Below, in pieces: positions 45,198 through 55,352 of a stretch of DNA of 64,000 nucleotides. This stretch comes from Acutalibacter sp. GTDB lineage: Bacteria; Bacillota; Clostridia; Oscillospirales; Acutalibacteraceae. How positions within the stretch are numbered: position 1 is the stretch's first letter; every line of letters begins with the position of its first letter. The stretch spans positions 3,851 through 67,850 of the forward strand of contig JAFLRP010000128.1 of assembly GCA_022511515.1 (NCBI GenBank). The letters are read 5' to 3'. The translations under genes were made by a program, and so were the position numbers. A model generated the notes under the pieces. That model had not been told where the DNA came from. It did no database searches and worked only from the letters and a program-made list of their open reading frames with translations.

Positions 45198-47037
45198 GGG
45201 ATACTGCCTCCGGGAAGAATTGCCTGTACCAAATGAGGAAGGTGTACACCGTCCAGACTCGCCGGCTGTTGTCGGCCTTGCCGTTTTTGTGGTCGTCCAA
45301 AAGTTTTACCAAAGCGGCGGTGTGGAAGAATTGTTCCGCTACTTCGCTCTGAAATTCCTGCTTCACGATGTCGTAATACTTGTCCTCTTTCAGCCACACT
45401 CTGGTGGGCACGGGGAAGCCCAGTTTTTTCTTGCCCGCCCACTTTTCCGGCATTCTCCGGAGGGCCGCTTTCCGCATGGCGAATTTGGTGTTTTCCGAAT
45501 TGACCCGATGCTTCGTCGGAATGCGCTCTGCCAGCGCCATGATTTCCTTGTCTAAGAACGGCACCCGCAGCTCCAGCGAATTTGCCATGCTCATTTTGTC
45601 GGCTTTTAAGAGGATATCGCCCACCATCCACATATTCAGGTCCACAAATTGCATTTTCGTTACAGCGTCCTTGTCCTGCACCATGTCGTAGTAGGGCTTG
45701 ACCATGGCGGCGGGGGAGAGGGCGTCCGTGGGATTTTTGAGAAGCGCTTTGCGTTCCTTTTCCGTGAACATATAGGCGTTGCCGATAAAGCGGTCTTCCA
45801 GCTTCTTGCCTCTGCGCACCAGGAAATTCAGTCCCCGATGAGCGGGCAGCAGTCCGGCAATTTTGCCGATGAGCTTTCGGATGGGGAAGGGGATCTTGTC
45901 GTACCAGGGCAGCTCCAACGGCTCTTTGTAGATGTTATAGCCGCCGAAAATCTCGTCCGCGCCCTCGCCGGACAGCACCACCTTTAAATGCTGAGAGGCG
46001 GTGTTACACACAAAGTATAGCGCCACAGCGGAGGGGTCGGCCAAGGGCTCGTCCATGTGGTACTGGATTTTCGGGAACGTGCCCCAGAATTCTTCCGGGG
46101 TGATGACCTTGCTGATATTCTTGACCGGAATTTGCTCGGAAAGCTCCTGGGCGTAGCTGATCTCGTTGTATTTCGTACCGTTGTCAAAGCCCACGGTAAA
46201 GGTCTTGTCCACATGGGCGGAGCAGGCCACGTAGCTGGAATCCACGCCGGAGGACAGGAACGAGCCCACTTCCACGTCGCTGACCTTGTGGGCTTCCACC
46301 GAATCGTCAAAGACTTTTTCGATTTCATCCACCCAATAGTCCAGAGATTTATCTTCTTCCCCGTGGAATTCCGGGATCCAGTATCTTGTCAATTCCAGCT
46401 TGCCGTTTTGATATTCAAAATAGTGGGCGGGGGGCATTTTGTACACGTTTTTGAAAAAAGTCTCCGGGCCGGGAGAATACTGGAAGGACAGGTAATGCTC
46501 CAGCGCCCGTTGGTTCAGTTCCTTCTTGAAATCGGGATGGTGCAGAAAGCTTTTGATCTCCGAGCCGAAGAGAAACGTGCCGTCCATCTCCGCGTAGTAC
46601 AGGGGCTTGATGCCGAAGAAATCCCTTGCGCCGAACAGCTTCTTTGCCGTCTTATCCCAAATCACAAAGGCAAACATGCCCCGAAGTTTCTTGAACAGCT
46701 CTGTGCCGTACTCTTCGTATCCGTGGAGGACGACTTCGGAATCGGCCTTAGTGGTAAAGGTGTGCCCGGCCTTGAGGAGTTCCTCCCGCAGGGACTTGTA
46801 ATTATAGATTTCGCCGTTAAAGAGCAGGGCTTTCGTGCCGTCTTCATTCAAAATCGGCTGCCGGCCGCCCTCCAAATCGATGATGGACAGCCGCCGGAAG
46901 CCCAGAGAGATAGAATCGTCCACATAGTAGTGGGCGTCATCGGGCCCTCTGTGCCGGATCGCGTCCGTCATGGAGCGCAGGACGCCGTCATCGTGCCGGA
47001 CGCCGTCCCTGTCGATAAAGCCAACAAAGCCACACAT
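45181..47037 (-). CDS. asnB: asparagine synthase (glutamine-hydrolysing), copy 2
   Basis: MCGFVGF is at 47037 and LSSGVDSS is present. It is clearly paralogous to copy 1 along its whole length. Confidence 0.9.
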   Translation of the reverse strand: MCGFVGFIDRDGVRHDDGVLRSMTDAIRHRGPDDAHYYVDDSISLGFRRLSIIDLEGGRQPILNEDGTKALLFNGEIYNYKSLREELLKAGHTFTTKADSEVVLHGYEEYGTELFKKLRGMFAFVIWDKTAKKLFGARDFFGIKPLYYAEMDGTFLFGSEIKSFLHHPDFKKELNQRALEHYLSFQYSPGPETFFKNVYKMPPAHYFEYQNGKLELTRYWIPEFHGEEDKSLDYWVDEIEKVFDDSVEAHKVSDVEVGSFLSSGVDSSYVACSAHVDKTFTVGFDNGTKYNEISYAQELSEQIPVKNISKVITPEEFWGTFPKIQYHMDEPLADPSAVALYFVCNTASQHLKVVLSGEGADEIFGGYNIYKEPLELPWYDKIPFPIRKLIGKIAGLLPAHRGLNFLVRRGKKLEDRFIGNAYMFTEKERKALLKNPTDALSPAAMVKPYYDMVQDKDAVTKMQFVDLNMWMVGDILLKADKMSMANSLELRVPFLDKEIMALAERIPTKHRVNSENTKFAMRKAALRRMPEKWAGKKKLGFPVPTRVWLKEDKYYDIVKQEFQSEVAEQFFHTAALVKLLDDHKNGKADNSRRVWTVYTFLIWYRQFFPEAVSHGREN

Positions 47038-47153
47038 AATATCACTACCTTCTTTCGGTTTTGCAAAAGAAAAGCAGGGCAGCAATCGATACCCTGCTGG
47101 TATTTAGTATTGTACCATGAGAAGCAAAAAATGACAATTTATATTTTCCCTCA

Positions 47154-47897
47154 CTAAAACCCTGCCTTTTCGGATTGTTCTACCGCCTTGATCAGCGTCA
47201 TCAGCGCCGGCGTGCTTTGGGGAAATTCCTTGATGAGCCCGTCCAGAGTCACGGAGGGCAGAGATTCTTTTTTTACGCCGATGCTGTCTCCGATGGTTTG
47301 TCCGCTGAGAATGTACCGAATTTTCGTTTCCGCCATGGACCTTGCCGAAGTCATGGCAGCGCCGAACAGAAAAGCGTCCAGACCGAAAATATCCTGAGGA
47401 TTCTCGGGATTGGAAGAATAGAGCAGCCTGAGCACCGTATACACCGAAGTGTACAAATAGGCGGCGGTCTGCTCCGTCAAGCTTTCACTGTTGATTTTTT
47501 TCAAAATACCGAATACAATATTGAGGGAATGGGAAATGACCCGGCGTTCGTATTCCACGGAAGACTTGTCTGCGGCAGCTTTGGCCTCTTGTCCTTTGCG
47601 GGACAAGTCATCACTGGGAAGGTCCTGTATGGCGAGTACTGCCCCGGTGCGGTGGAGCGTGCGGCCCAAGAGGTAATCGCAGGAGACGTTGTAATAATCC
47701 GCCGCCCGCAGGACAAAATCCAGCCCGCATTCCCGGATGCCCTTTTCATAATGGGAAAGCAGGGCTTGGGAAATGCCCAGCTCAGCGGCAACCTTTTTCT
47801 GGCTGTAACCTCTTTCTTTTCGCAGAAGCGTCAGGATGCGGGGAAAATCCTTGTTCAGCTTCAACTTGCCATGATGCCTGCCGTTGTCGGTGGCCAT
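47154..47897 (-). CDS. XRE-family helix-turn-helix protein with extended C-terminal domain
   Basis: LLRKERGYSQKKVAAELGISQALLSHYEKGIRE is the HTH. The start is probably MATDNG at 47897. Confidence 0.75.
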   Translation of the reverse strand: MATDNGRHHGKLKLNKDFPRILTLLRKERGYSQKKVAAELGISQALLSHYEKGIRECGLDFVLRAADYYNVSCDYLLGRTLHRTGAVLAIQDLPSDDLSRKGQEAKAAADKSSVEYERRVISHSLNIVFGILKKINSESLTEQTAAYLYTSVYTVLRLLYSSNPENPQDIFGLDAFLFGAAMTSARSMAETKIRYILSGQTIGDSIGVKKESLPSVTLDGLIKEFPQSTPALMTLIKAVEQSEKAGF

Positions 47898-48128
47898 GAA
47901 AAACTCTCCTTGTCTCCCCCGAATTTCCATGCCGCGTGAAATCCGGGTGTGGTGTTGCTTGAAGTATACAATAAGTAAATTGGAAAGTAAAGGGAAAAAC
48001 CGGGAAAAATCTCGATATTTTCAAAATATTTCCGGTTTTTTGTGCTTTTTTTGCTCCACGAGAGGCAGAACCAGCCACAATTTCCGTAGAAAGGAGGCTT
48101 TCGCAAAAGCGAAAGAAATGATAAAAAT

Positions 48129-48845
48129 ATGAAATCCTATGTGATTCACCTGCTTCGCAATATGCCCTGCGAGGGGAATTTGGAGGGCAGGTACATCGGG
48201 CGGACGGAATCGCCCTTGGCAGAAAGCTCCATCGCCCAGCTTTTGGACCTGAAGCGCCAATACAATTATCCCACTGCCGGGGCTTTTTACGCCAGTCCGT
48301 CTACCCGATGTGTGGATACCTTACGGCTGTTGTATCCCCGGTCCGACCCGGAAGTCATTCTGGAAATGGCGGAATGTGATTTCGGCGACTGGGAAAACAA
48401 GACGGCGGAGGAACTCCGGGAAGAACCCGCCTTTACCGAATGGATGGCAAGCGGCGGGCAGACGGCTCCGCCAAACGGCGAAAGCGGCAGCGTGTTTGTG
48501 CAGCGGGTCTGCCGGGGCTTTGAAATGCTGGTGCAGAATCTGATGGCTCAGGGGAAAACTTCCGCTGTGCTGGTGACCCACGCGGGAGTGTTGTCAACTA
48601 TTTTGGCGGCGTACGGCCTGCCCAGAGCCGATCCCTTTGAATGGATGTGCGCTCCCGGCTGCGGCTACACGGTGCGGATCACTCCCAGCCTGTGGATGCG
48701 TTCCGGGGTAATGGAAGTGGTGGACACCCTGCCCGAAGGCGAGGACAAGACCCGCCCTGACCACTATGTGGTGGACGTGGCAAGAGAAGCCGCCAACCGG
48801 GCTTACGGAAACGGGCAACCGGACAAAGAAGATGGGGAAGAATGA
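48129..48845 (+). CDS. histidine phosphatase superfamily protein (non-canonical N-terminal motif)
   Basis: ...GRYIGRTESPLAE... and VLVTHAGVL fit the fold, but the RHG motif position reads LLRNMPCEG. Confidence 0.65.
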   Translation: MKSYVIHLLRNMPCEGNLEGRYIGRTESPLAESSIAQLLDLKRQYNYPTAGAFYASPSTRCVDTLRLLYPRSDPEVILEMAECDFGDWENKTAEELREEPAFTEWMASGGQTAPPNGESGSVFVQRVCRGFEMLVQNLMAQGKTSAVLVTHAGVLSTILAAYGLPRADPFEWMCAPGCGYTVRITPSLWMRSGVMEVVDTLPEGEDKTRPDHYVVDVAREAANRAYGNGQPDKEDGEE

Positions 48846-49408
48846 AAATGGGATTATTCGGGGAAATCAAAAAATATGAACCGTGTAACGAGCAGGAGGA
48901 GCAGGACAAAGAGGTCATGCTTCGATTCATGGAGCGCGGCGAAAACTGTCTGGTGCGGGAGAATCAAATCGCCCATTTCACCACATCCATCTGGACGGTG
49001 AACCGGGAACGCACCAAGACGCTGCTGGTCTACCACAATATTTTCGATTCCTGGACGTGGATCGGCGGCCATGCCGACGGAGAAGAAAATCTCCGCGCTG
49101 TGGCCCTGCGGGAATTACAGGAAGAAACCGGCGTAAAAAATGCCGTTCTTCTCACTCCGGATATGGTCAGTCTGGAGATCCTCACCGTGGACGGCCATGT
49201 GAAGCGGGGGGCTTATGTGCCCAGCCACCTGCACCTGAACATCACCTATTTGGCGGAGGCAGAGGAAAGCGAGGAGCTGCTCATCAATCCCGAGGAAAAT
49301 ACCGGCGTGAAATGGTGGACCTTTGAGGAAGCGCTGCAGGCGTCCAAAGAGCCCTGGTTCGTGGAGAGGATCTATCCGAAGCTGATTGAGAAATGTAAAT
49401 TGTGGTAG
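48842..49408 (+). CDS. NUDIX hydrolase
   Basis: The Nudix box is GGHADGEENLRAVALRELQEETGV. Confidence 0.8.
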   Translation: MKMGLFGEIKKYEPCNEQEEQDKEVMLRFMERGENCLVRENQIAHFTTSIWTVNRERTKTLLVYHNIFDSWTWIGGHADGEENLRAVALRELQEETGVKNAVLLTPDMVSLEILTVDGHVKRGAYVPSHLHLNITYLAEAEESEELLINPEENTGVKWWTFEEALQASKEPWFVERIYPKLIEKCKLW

Positions 49409-49417
49409 GCGAAATGC

Positions 49418-49446
49418 TTGACAAAGCGGGCCTCGTGGCCTATAAT
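49418..49446 (+). promoter_or_regulatory. consensus sigma-A promoter of leuA
   Basis: TTGACA, a 17-nt spacer, then TATAAT. Confidence 0.6.
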
Positions 49447-49534
49447 CCCAGATAAGAATGACCTCTTCGCCCCGGATGCTTGAGGAAAGTGTCCAGGGCG
49501 TTTTTCCACTTTGTTTTGCGAAAGGAAGATTTCT

Positions 49535-51226
49535 ATGAATCAAGGCTTCAAAAAATACAGGCCGTTTGCGCCTATCGCCTTGCCGGACCGCACCTGGCCC
49601 GACAAGGTCATCACCAAAGCGCCTGTGTGGTGCAGCGTGGACCTGCGGGACGGCAATCAGGCTCTGGTGAATCCCATGAATCTGGAGCAGAAGCTGGAAT
49701 TTTTCCAATTGCTCTGCGACATCGGCTTCAAGGAGATTGAGGTTGGTTTTCCCTCGGCCTCTGAGACAGAATATGAAATTCTCCGGGCGCTGATCGAGCA
49801 GGACCTGATTCCCGATGACGTGACGGTGCAGGTGCTGGTCCAGGCCAGAGAACACCTGATCCGCCGGACCTTTGAAGCCATCGACGGGGCGAAAAATGTC
49901 ATCGTCCACTTCTACAATTCCACTTCCACGCTCCAGCGGAAGGTGGTGTTTGAAACGGATATGCAGGGCGTCATCGACATTGCCGTCAGCGGTGCAAAAC
50001 TCATTCGGGAGCTGACCGAGGAGATCACCAAAAACAGCGATATCAATATCCGCTACGAGTATTCTCCGGAAAGCTTTTCCGGCACGGAGATGGAAAACGC
50101 CGTGCTCATCTGCGACCGGGTCTTAGAGGAGTTAGGCGCTACCCCGGAGAACAAGGTCATCATCAATCTGCCCAACACCGTGGAGATGTGTACGCCCAAC
50201 ACCTACGCCGACCAGGTGGAATACTGCCACAGAAATATGAAGCACCGGGACTGTGCAGTACTGAGTATCCATCCCCACAACGACCGGGGAACCTGCACCG
50301 CCGCCACCGAGCTTGGCGTGATGGCCGGCGCGGAGCGGGTAGAGGGCACACTGTTCGGCAACGGCGAGCGTACCGGCAACGCGGACATCATGAATCTCGC
50401 CATGAATCTATACTCTCAGGGCGTGGACCCGGAGCTGGATTTCACCCACATGAACCATATCCGAAAGGTCTACGAAGAATGCACCCAGATGAAGGTACAC
50501 CAACGCCATCCCTATGCGGGAGAGCTGGTGTTCACCGCCTTTTCCGGCTCCCATCAGGACGCCATCAACAAGGGGATCAACTATATCCATAAGGAGAATT
50601 CTCCCTACTGGGAAGTTCCCTATCTGCCCATCGACCCGGCGGATTTGGGGCGGCAGTACGAGCCCATTATCCGCATTAACAGCCAGTCCGGCAAGGGCGG
50701 CGCGGCGTTTGTCATGCGGCAGAGCTTCGGCTACGACCTGCCCAAGGCCATGCACCCGGAGTTTGGCACGCTGGTCAAGCAGGCCTGCGACAGTTGCGGC
50801 AGGGAGCTGACCCCCGGCGAGGTGTTTGAAATCTTTAAGAAGGAATATTTAGAGGTCTCCCAGCCCTATCACCTGCTGACCTATAAAATCTTTGAAGAAA
50901 ACACCGGCAGCGAGCAGGTGTTGGTGGACTTTGAGGGCACCGTCCGCTACGATCACAGCACCCATGCAGTGTCCGGCAAGGGCAACGGTCCCATCGATGC
51001 TTTCTTCAATGCCCTGTCTACCATTGGGCTGACGGAGTACGAATTTGTCTCCTACAGCGAGCATGCGGTGTCCACCGGCGCGGATTCCAAGGCGGTGTCC
51101 TATATCCAGCTCCGCCACAGGGGAGAGACGATTTTCGGCGTGGGCATGGACAGCAATATCAGCATCGCTTCCGTCAAGGGCATCATCTGTGCCATCAACC
51201 GTTGGGAGAAGAAGAATAGAAAATAA
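49535..51226 (+). CDS. leuA: 2-isopropylmalate synthase (long form)
   Basis: MNQGFKKYRPFAPIALPDRTWPDKVITKAPVWCSVDLRDGNQAL... is present, with HPHNDRG and a C-terminal regulatory domain. Confidence 0.92.
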   Translation: MNQGFKKYRPFAPIALPDRTWPDKVITKAPVWCSVDLRDGNQALVNPMNLEQKLEFFQLLCDIGFKEIEVGFPSASETEYEILRALIEQDLIPDDVTVQVLVQAREHLIRRTFEAIDGAKNVIVHFYNSTSTLQRKVVFETDMQGVIDIAVSGAKLIRELTEEITKNSDINIRYEYSPESFSGTEMENAVLICDRVLEELGATPENKVIINLPNTVEMCTPNTYADQVEYCHRNMKHRDCAVLSIHPHNDRGTCTAATELGVMAGAERVEGTLFGNGERTGNADIMNLAMNLYSQGVDPELDFTHMNHIRKVYEECTQMKVHQRHPYAGELVFTAFSGSHQDAINKGINYIHKENSPYWEVPYLPIDPADLGRQYEPIIRINSQSGKGGAAFVMRQSFGYDLPKAMHPEFGTLVKQACDSCGRELTPGEVFEIFKKEYLEVSQPYHLLTYKIFEENTGSEQVLVDFEGTVRYDHSTHAVSGKGNGPIDAFFNALSTIGLTEYEFVSYSEHAVSTGADSKAVSYIQLRHRGETIFGVGMDSNISIASVKGIICAINRWEKKNRK

Positions 51227-51250
51227 TACTGTAAAGGGGAATTGCTTCAC

Positions 51251-52327
51251 ATGAAAAGCTATCAAATTGCTGTATTGGAGGGGGACGGCATCGGCCCGGA
51301 GATTGTGGGGGAAGCCGTCAAGGTATTGAAAAAAGCCGGAGAACGTTTCGGTTTCAATGTGGAGCTCACCCGCGCATTGCTGGGCGGCGCGGCCATTGAC
51401 GAGACCGGCGTACCCCTGCCCGAGGAGACCGTAACGGTCTGCAAAGCTGCCGACGCCGTGCTGCTGGGTGCGGTGGGCGGCCCGAAGTGGGATTCCCAGC
51501 CCGGTGCGAACCGCCCGGAGAAGGGGCTCTTGGGCATTCGCAAGGCACTGAATCTGTATGCCAATCTCCGCCCCGCCGTGATTTTTGCCCCCCTGCGGGA
51601 CGCTTCCCCGCTGAAACCAGAGATCATCGGGGAGAGCATGGATATTCTGATCGTCCGGGAGCTCACCGGCGGCATCTACTTCGGCGAGCATACCACCGGC
51701 GAGGAAAACGGCGTGCCTGCCGCTTGGGACGTGGAAAAATACAGCTTGCCGGAAATTGAACGCATTGCCCGAGTGGCGTTTGCCATGGCGCAGAAGCGGA
51801 ACAAGCGCCTTTGCAGCGTGGACAAGTCCAATGTGCTGGACACCTCCCGGCTGTGGAGAAAGACCGTGACGGAAATGGCCAAAGAGTACCCGGACGTGGA
51901 GGTCACCCACATGTATGTGGACAACTGCGCCATGCAGTTAGTGCGGAATCCCGCCCAGTTCGACGTGATCGTCACCTCCAACATGTTCGGCGATATCCTG
52001 TCCGACGAAGCTTCCATGATCAGCGGTTCCATCGGTATGCTGGCTTCCGCCAGTCTGGGAGACAGCGGATTCGGGCTGTACGAGCCCATTCACGGCTCTG
52101 CCCCCGACATTGCCGGGCAGAACGTGGCAAATCCCCTTGCCACCATTCTTTCCGTCGCCATGATGCTCCGCTATTCTCTGGACGAGCCCGCTGCCGCCGA
52201 CGCCATCGAAGCCGCCTGCGCTAAAGCGCTGGAGACTGCCCGCACCCCGGACATCTACACCCCGGATTGTGGGGCGGCCAAGGTGACCTGCACCGAAATG
52301 GGCGACTTGGTGACAAAGCTGCTCTAA
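51251..52327 (+). CDS. leuB: 3-isopropylmalate dehydrogenase
   Basis: [19 protein letters not shown] and [26 protein letters not shown] are present. Confidence 0.92.
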   Translation: MKSYQIAVLEGDGIGPEIVGEAVKVLKKAGERFGFNVELTRALLGGAAIDETGVPLPEETVTVCKAADAVLLGAVGGPKWDSQPGANRPEKGLLGIRKALNLYANLRPAVIFAPLRDASPLKPEIIGESMDILIVRELTGGIYFGEHTTGEENGVPAAWDVEKYSLPEIERIARVAFAMAQKRNKRLCSVDKSNVLDTSRLWRKTVTEMAKEYPDVEVTHMYVDNCAMQLVRNPAQFDVIVTSNMFGDILSDEASMISGSIGMLASASLGDSGFGLYEPIHGSAPDIAGQNVANPLATILSVAMMLRYSLDEPAAADAIEAACAKALETARTPDIYTPDCGAAKVTCTEMGDLVTKLL

Positions 52328-52357
52328 TGGATAACTGCCGGTAAAAAAAGAAAACAA

Positions 52358-52392
52358 GGGACAAGCACCCCACAGGTGCTTGTCCCTTTTCT
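52358..52392 (+). terminator. intrinsic terminator after leuB
   Basis: GGGACAAGCAC-loop-GTGCTTGTCCC is followed by TTTTCTGTTT. Confidence 0.65.
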
Positions 52393-52417
52393 GTTTCTGA
52401 ACCGAAGCAGGTATCAG

Positions 52418-53179
52418 TTATCCTGCGATGTACCGCGCCAATTCCAACGCGATATCAAAATGACCTGTATCGTGCTGAGTACCCTCGTTTTCTCCCGCCT
52501 TGTGCCGTTCGTCCCATTCGGGGGCATCGAGCAGATCGCCGCTTGTAAAAAATGCGTATAAGTTCAGTCCCCTGAAATCGCACATCGCTTGCAAAGCGGC
52601 ACATTCCATCTCAACGGAGATGCAGCCGTCCGCCTTATGTTTATTGAAGTTGTTGACGGTTTCCCTGTAAAAAGAATCGGTCGTCCATGTTTTCCCTGTC
52701 ACATAAGGAATCCCGTTTTCTTTCATAAAGCTCTCAACAATATTTGCGTTTTTTACGGTGATATAATCCGACGCAGGCGCGTAATGGTAAGAAGTTCCCT
52801 CGTCACGATAAGCCTCGGTTGGAATCATGACCTTGCCGTGGGCGATTTCCTTATCGAGACAGCCCGCGCCGCCAAAGACAACATATTTGTCGGTTTTGAT
52901 TTCCGACAAAGTATCTTCCACCGTACCGACACACGCGGGAGCGCCCACATAGGTTTTATAAAACGCAAAGGTTTTTCCCTGATACTCAATACGATAGATC
53001 GGAGTTTCGCCCGTTGCAAACCAAAAAGAAGCGATTTGTTTACAATCGTAATTTTTCAGAACAAAATCCTCGATCACATGGGAAAAGGTCAAAATGCACG
53101 CATCGACTTTCGGCGCATTTTCTTTGATCTGTGGATTTATTATTGCAGCGGACTGATTATCAAAACTGTCGGTTATCAT
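52418..53179 (-). CDS. nucleoside phosphorylase family protein (PNP/UDP-1 fold)
   Basis: GAPACVGTVEDL-like, VVFGGAGCL and ISVEMECAAL are present. Confidence 0.7.
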   Translation of the reverse strand: MITDSFDNQSAAIINPQIKENAPKVDACILTFSHVIEDFVLKNYDCKQIASFWFATGETPIYRIEYQGKTFAFYKTYVGAPACVGTVEDTLSEIKTDKYVVFGGAGCLDKEIAHGKVMIPTEAYRDEGTSYHYAPASDYITVKNANIVESFMKENGIPYVTGKTWTTDSFYRETVNNFNKHKADGCISVEMECAALQAMCDFRGLNLYAFFTSGDLLDAPEWDERHKAGENEGTQHDTGHFDIALELARYIAG

Positions 53180-53198
53180 TTTTTGTACCCTTTTTAGT

Positions 53199-54890
53199 TT
53201 ACATAACTTCCGGCGCGCTCACTTGGAACAGCGCCAGCCCGTTTTCCAGCACCGTCTTTGTGGCGACACAGAGATTCAGCCGGGCAGCGGTCAAGGCTTC
53301 GTTGTCGCCCTTGACCCGGCAGTTGTTGTAGAATTTGTGGAACAGGGTGGAGACGTTTGTCACGTACCGGGTGATGCGGGAGGGCTCCATGGCCTTGGCG
53401 GCTCCGGCGATCTCTCCGGTAAAGTTGGACAGCAACCGGATCAGCTCGATCTCCTCCGGAGAGGAAAGGAGCAGCAATTCCTCCGGCGTGCAGTCTCTGA
53501 CCTCAATGCCGTCCGCCTTGAGATTCTTCAAAATGCTGCAAATTCTGGCGTGGGCGTACTGCACGTAGTACACGGGGTTCTGAGCGTCCTGCTGCACTGC
53601 CAGGTCCAGATCGAAATCCATTCTGGTGTTGGGTTCCAAGGAATTGAACAGGAAGCGGGCGGCGTCCACCGGCACTTCCTCTAAGAGGGTCACCAGCGTG
53701 ATGGCCTTGCCGCTGCGCTTGCTGGCCTTGACGATTTCCCCGTCCCGCACCAGCCGGACCATCTGCATCATGACCACTTGCAGCCGGGTGGCGTCCACGC
53801 CCAAGGCGGTAAGGGCTGCCTTCAGCCGGGGCACGTAGCCGTGGTGGTCAGCGCCCAGCACGTCGATAGCAATGTCAAAATTTCTGGTCACCAGCTTGTC
53901 GTAATGGTAGGCAATGTCCGGCACCACGTAGGTGGGCACGCCGTTGGAGCGCACCAGCACGAAATCTTCCGAGCCGTATTCCTCGCCCTTAAACCATACC
54001 GCGCCGTCCTTTTCATAGGTGGCGCCTTTTTCCTGGAACAGCTTGACAACTTGCTGTACCGCGCCGTTTTCGTGGAGGGTGGATTCCTTGAACCAGTTGT
54101 CGTATTCCACCCGGTAGCGGAGAAGGTCATCGTGGAGTCCCTGAATGTTCAGGGGCAGGGCATAATCCACCAACGCCTGCCGGCGGGTTTCCGAATCTTT
54201 GTTTACATAACTATCGCCGTACTTCTCCGCGAAGCCCTTGGCATTTTCAATCACGTCAGGTCCGAGATAGCCGTCTTCCGGGAATTCCACTGCGTCCTCG
54301 CCAAGATAAATCTGGAGATACCGGGCTTCCAGAGACAGGCCGTAACGATTGACCTGATTGCCTGCATCGTTTACATAAAATTCCCGCTCCACCTGATACC
54401 CGGCGGCGCTGAGCAGGTTGGAAAGGGCGTCGCCCAGCACGCCGCCCCGGGCGTTGCCGATATGCATAGGGCCGGTGGGATTGGCGGAAACGTACTCCAC
54501 TAACACCCGCTTGTTTTCTCCCACACTGCTTTTGCCGTAATCGTCGCCTAAACGGCGGATATCCTGCAGAACTTCCCCGTAAAACCGGGGGTCGTAGGTG
54601 AAATTCAAAAAGCCCGGTCCGGCGATTTCGCAGGACTGGAACCAGGTGTTTTCCAAATCCAGCTTGTCCGTGATGGCCTCGGCGATTTTTCTCGGCGCGG
54701 CATGAAAGGCTTTCGCCCCGGCCATGGCGGCGTTGCAGGCCCAGTCGCCGTGAGAGCGGTCGGCGGGGACTTCCAATACAAATTCCGGCAGGGGGGCTTC
54801 CGGCAGAATGCCGTCCTCGATCGCCGCATTCAAGGCGTTTGTGACCGCCTCCCGCAGTTGCTGTTGAGCTTTTTCCACAAGTTGAGACAT
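53199..54890 (-). CDS. argS: arginine--tRNA ligase
   Basis: EYVSANPTGPMHIGNARGG is the HIGH region. The length is 563 aa and the protein has a C-terminal DALR domain ending ...APEVM. Confidence 0.93.
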   Translation of the reverse strand: MSQLVEKAQQQLREAVTNALNAAIEDGILPEAPLPEFVLEVPADRSHGDWACNAAMAGAKAFHAAPRKIAEAITDKLDLENTWFQSCEIAGPGFLNFTYDPRFYGEVLQDIRRLGDDYGKSSVGENKRVLVEYVSANPTGPMHIGNARGGVLGDALSNLLSAAGYQVEREFYVNDAGNQVNRYGLSLEARYLQIYLGEDAVEFPEDGYLGPDVIENAKGFAEKYGDSYVNKDSETRRQALVDYALPLNIQGLHDDLLRYRVEYDNWFKESTLHENGAVQQVVKLFQEKGATYEKDGAVWFKGEEYGSEDFVLVRSNGVPTYVVPDIAYHYDKLVTRNFDIAIDVLGADHHGYVPRLKAALTALGVDATRLQVVMMQMVRLVRDGEIVKASKRSGKAITLVTLLEEVPVDAARFLFNSLEPNTRMDFDLDLAVQQDAQNPVYYVQYAHARICSILKNLKADGIEVRDCTPEELLLLSSPEEIELIRLLSNFTGEIAGAAKAMEPSRITRYVTNVSTLFHKFYNNCRVKGDNEALTAARLNLCVATKTVLENGLALFQVSAPEVM

Positions 54891-54908
54891 AATGATGATT
54901 CCCTTCTT

Positions 54909-55340
54909 TTAAGACTGATAAGGCTTGATTTCCACTTCGATCTCGTTGCGGCTGGACAAATTGGAATCGATGTCCAGCGTGTATTTGACCTTGAGCCTGC
55001 CGCCCTCTCTGCGGAGAGAGGAGCGCAGTTCGCTGGTGAACACGCCTACGGAAAGGGTGCCAAACCCGGTGTCGTAGAGGCACAGATGTCGTCGCCCCTG
55101 TTCCAGGATCAGACGGGTGGAGGAGCCGGAACGCATCATGGTCACCCTGCCCGGTTCCACCTTCAAAACGGAGGTGTAGGTGATCTTCGGGTCATCCTCG
55201 TCGTATTCCTTGTAGGCGATAAATCCCGCGCCGCCCCGTTCCGTATAGGTACCGGTGGTGTTTAGCGTGATTTCCCCCGGTTCTTCCTCGTCGTAAAACT
55301 GTTTGCCGACGATGTTGATTTTGTAATCTTCCTTTAACAT
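54909..55340 (-). CDS. DUF1934 (YwiB-like) protein
   Basis: Its conserved position upstream of argS in Firmicutes and the beta-barrel-like sequence MLKEDYKINIVGKQ... support the call. Confidence 0.7.
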   Translation of the reverse strand: MLKEDYKINIVGKQFYDEEEPGEITLNTTGTYTERGGAGFIAYKEYDEDDPKITYTSVLKVEPGRVTMMRSGSSTRLILEQGRRHLCLYDTGFGTLSVGVFTSELRSSLRREGGRLKVKYTLDIDSNLSSRNEIEVEIKPYQS

Positions 55341-55352
55341 AACTCTATCCTT

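Noticed and set aside
49447-49534. A possible T-box or leader-peptide attenuator upstream of leuA.
   Set aside because: Only ~90 nt separates the promoter -10 from the start codon. That is too short for a T-box, and I saw no Leu-rich leader ORF or terminator/antiterminator pair.
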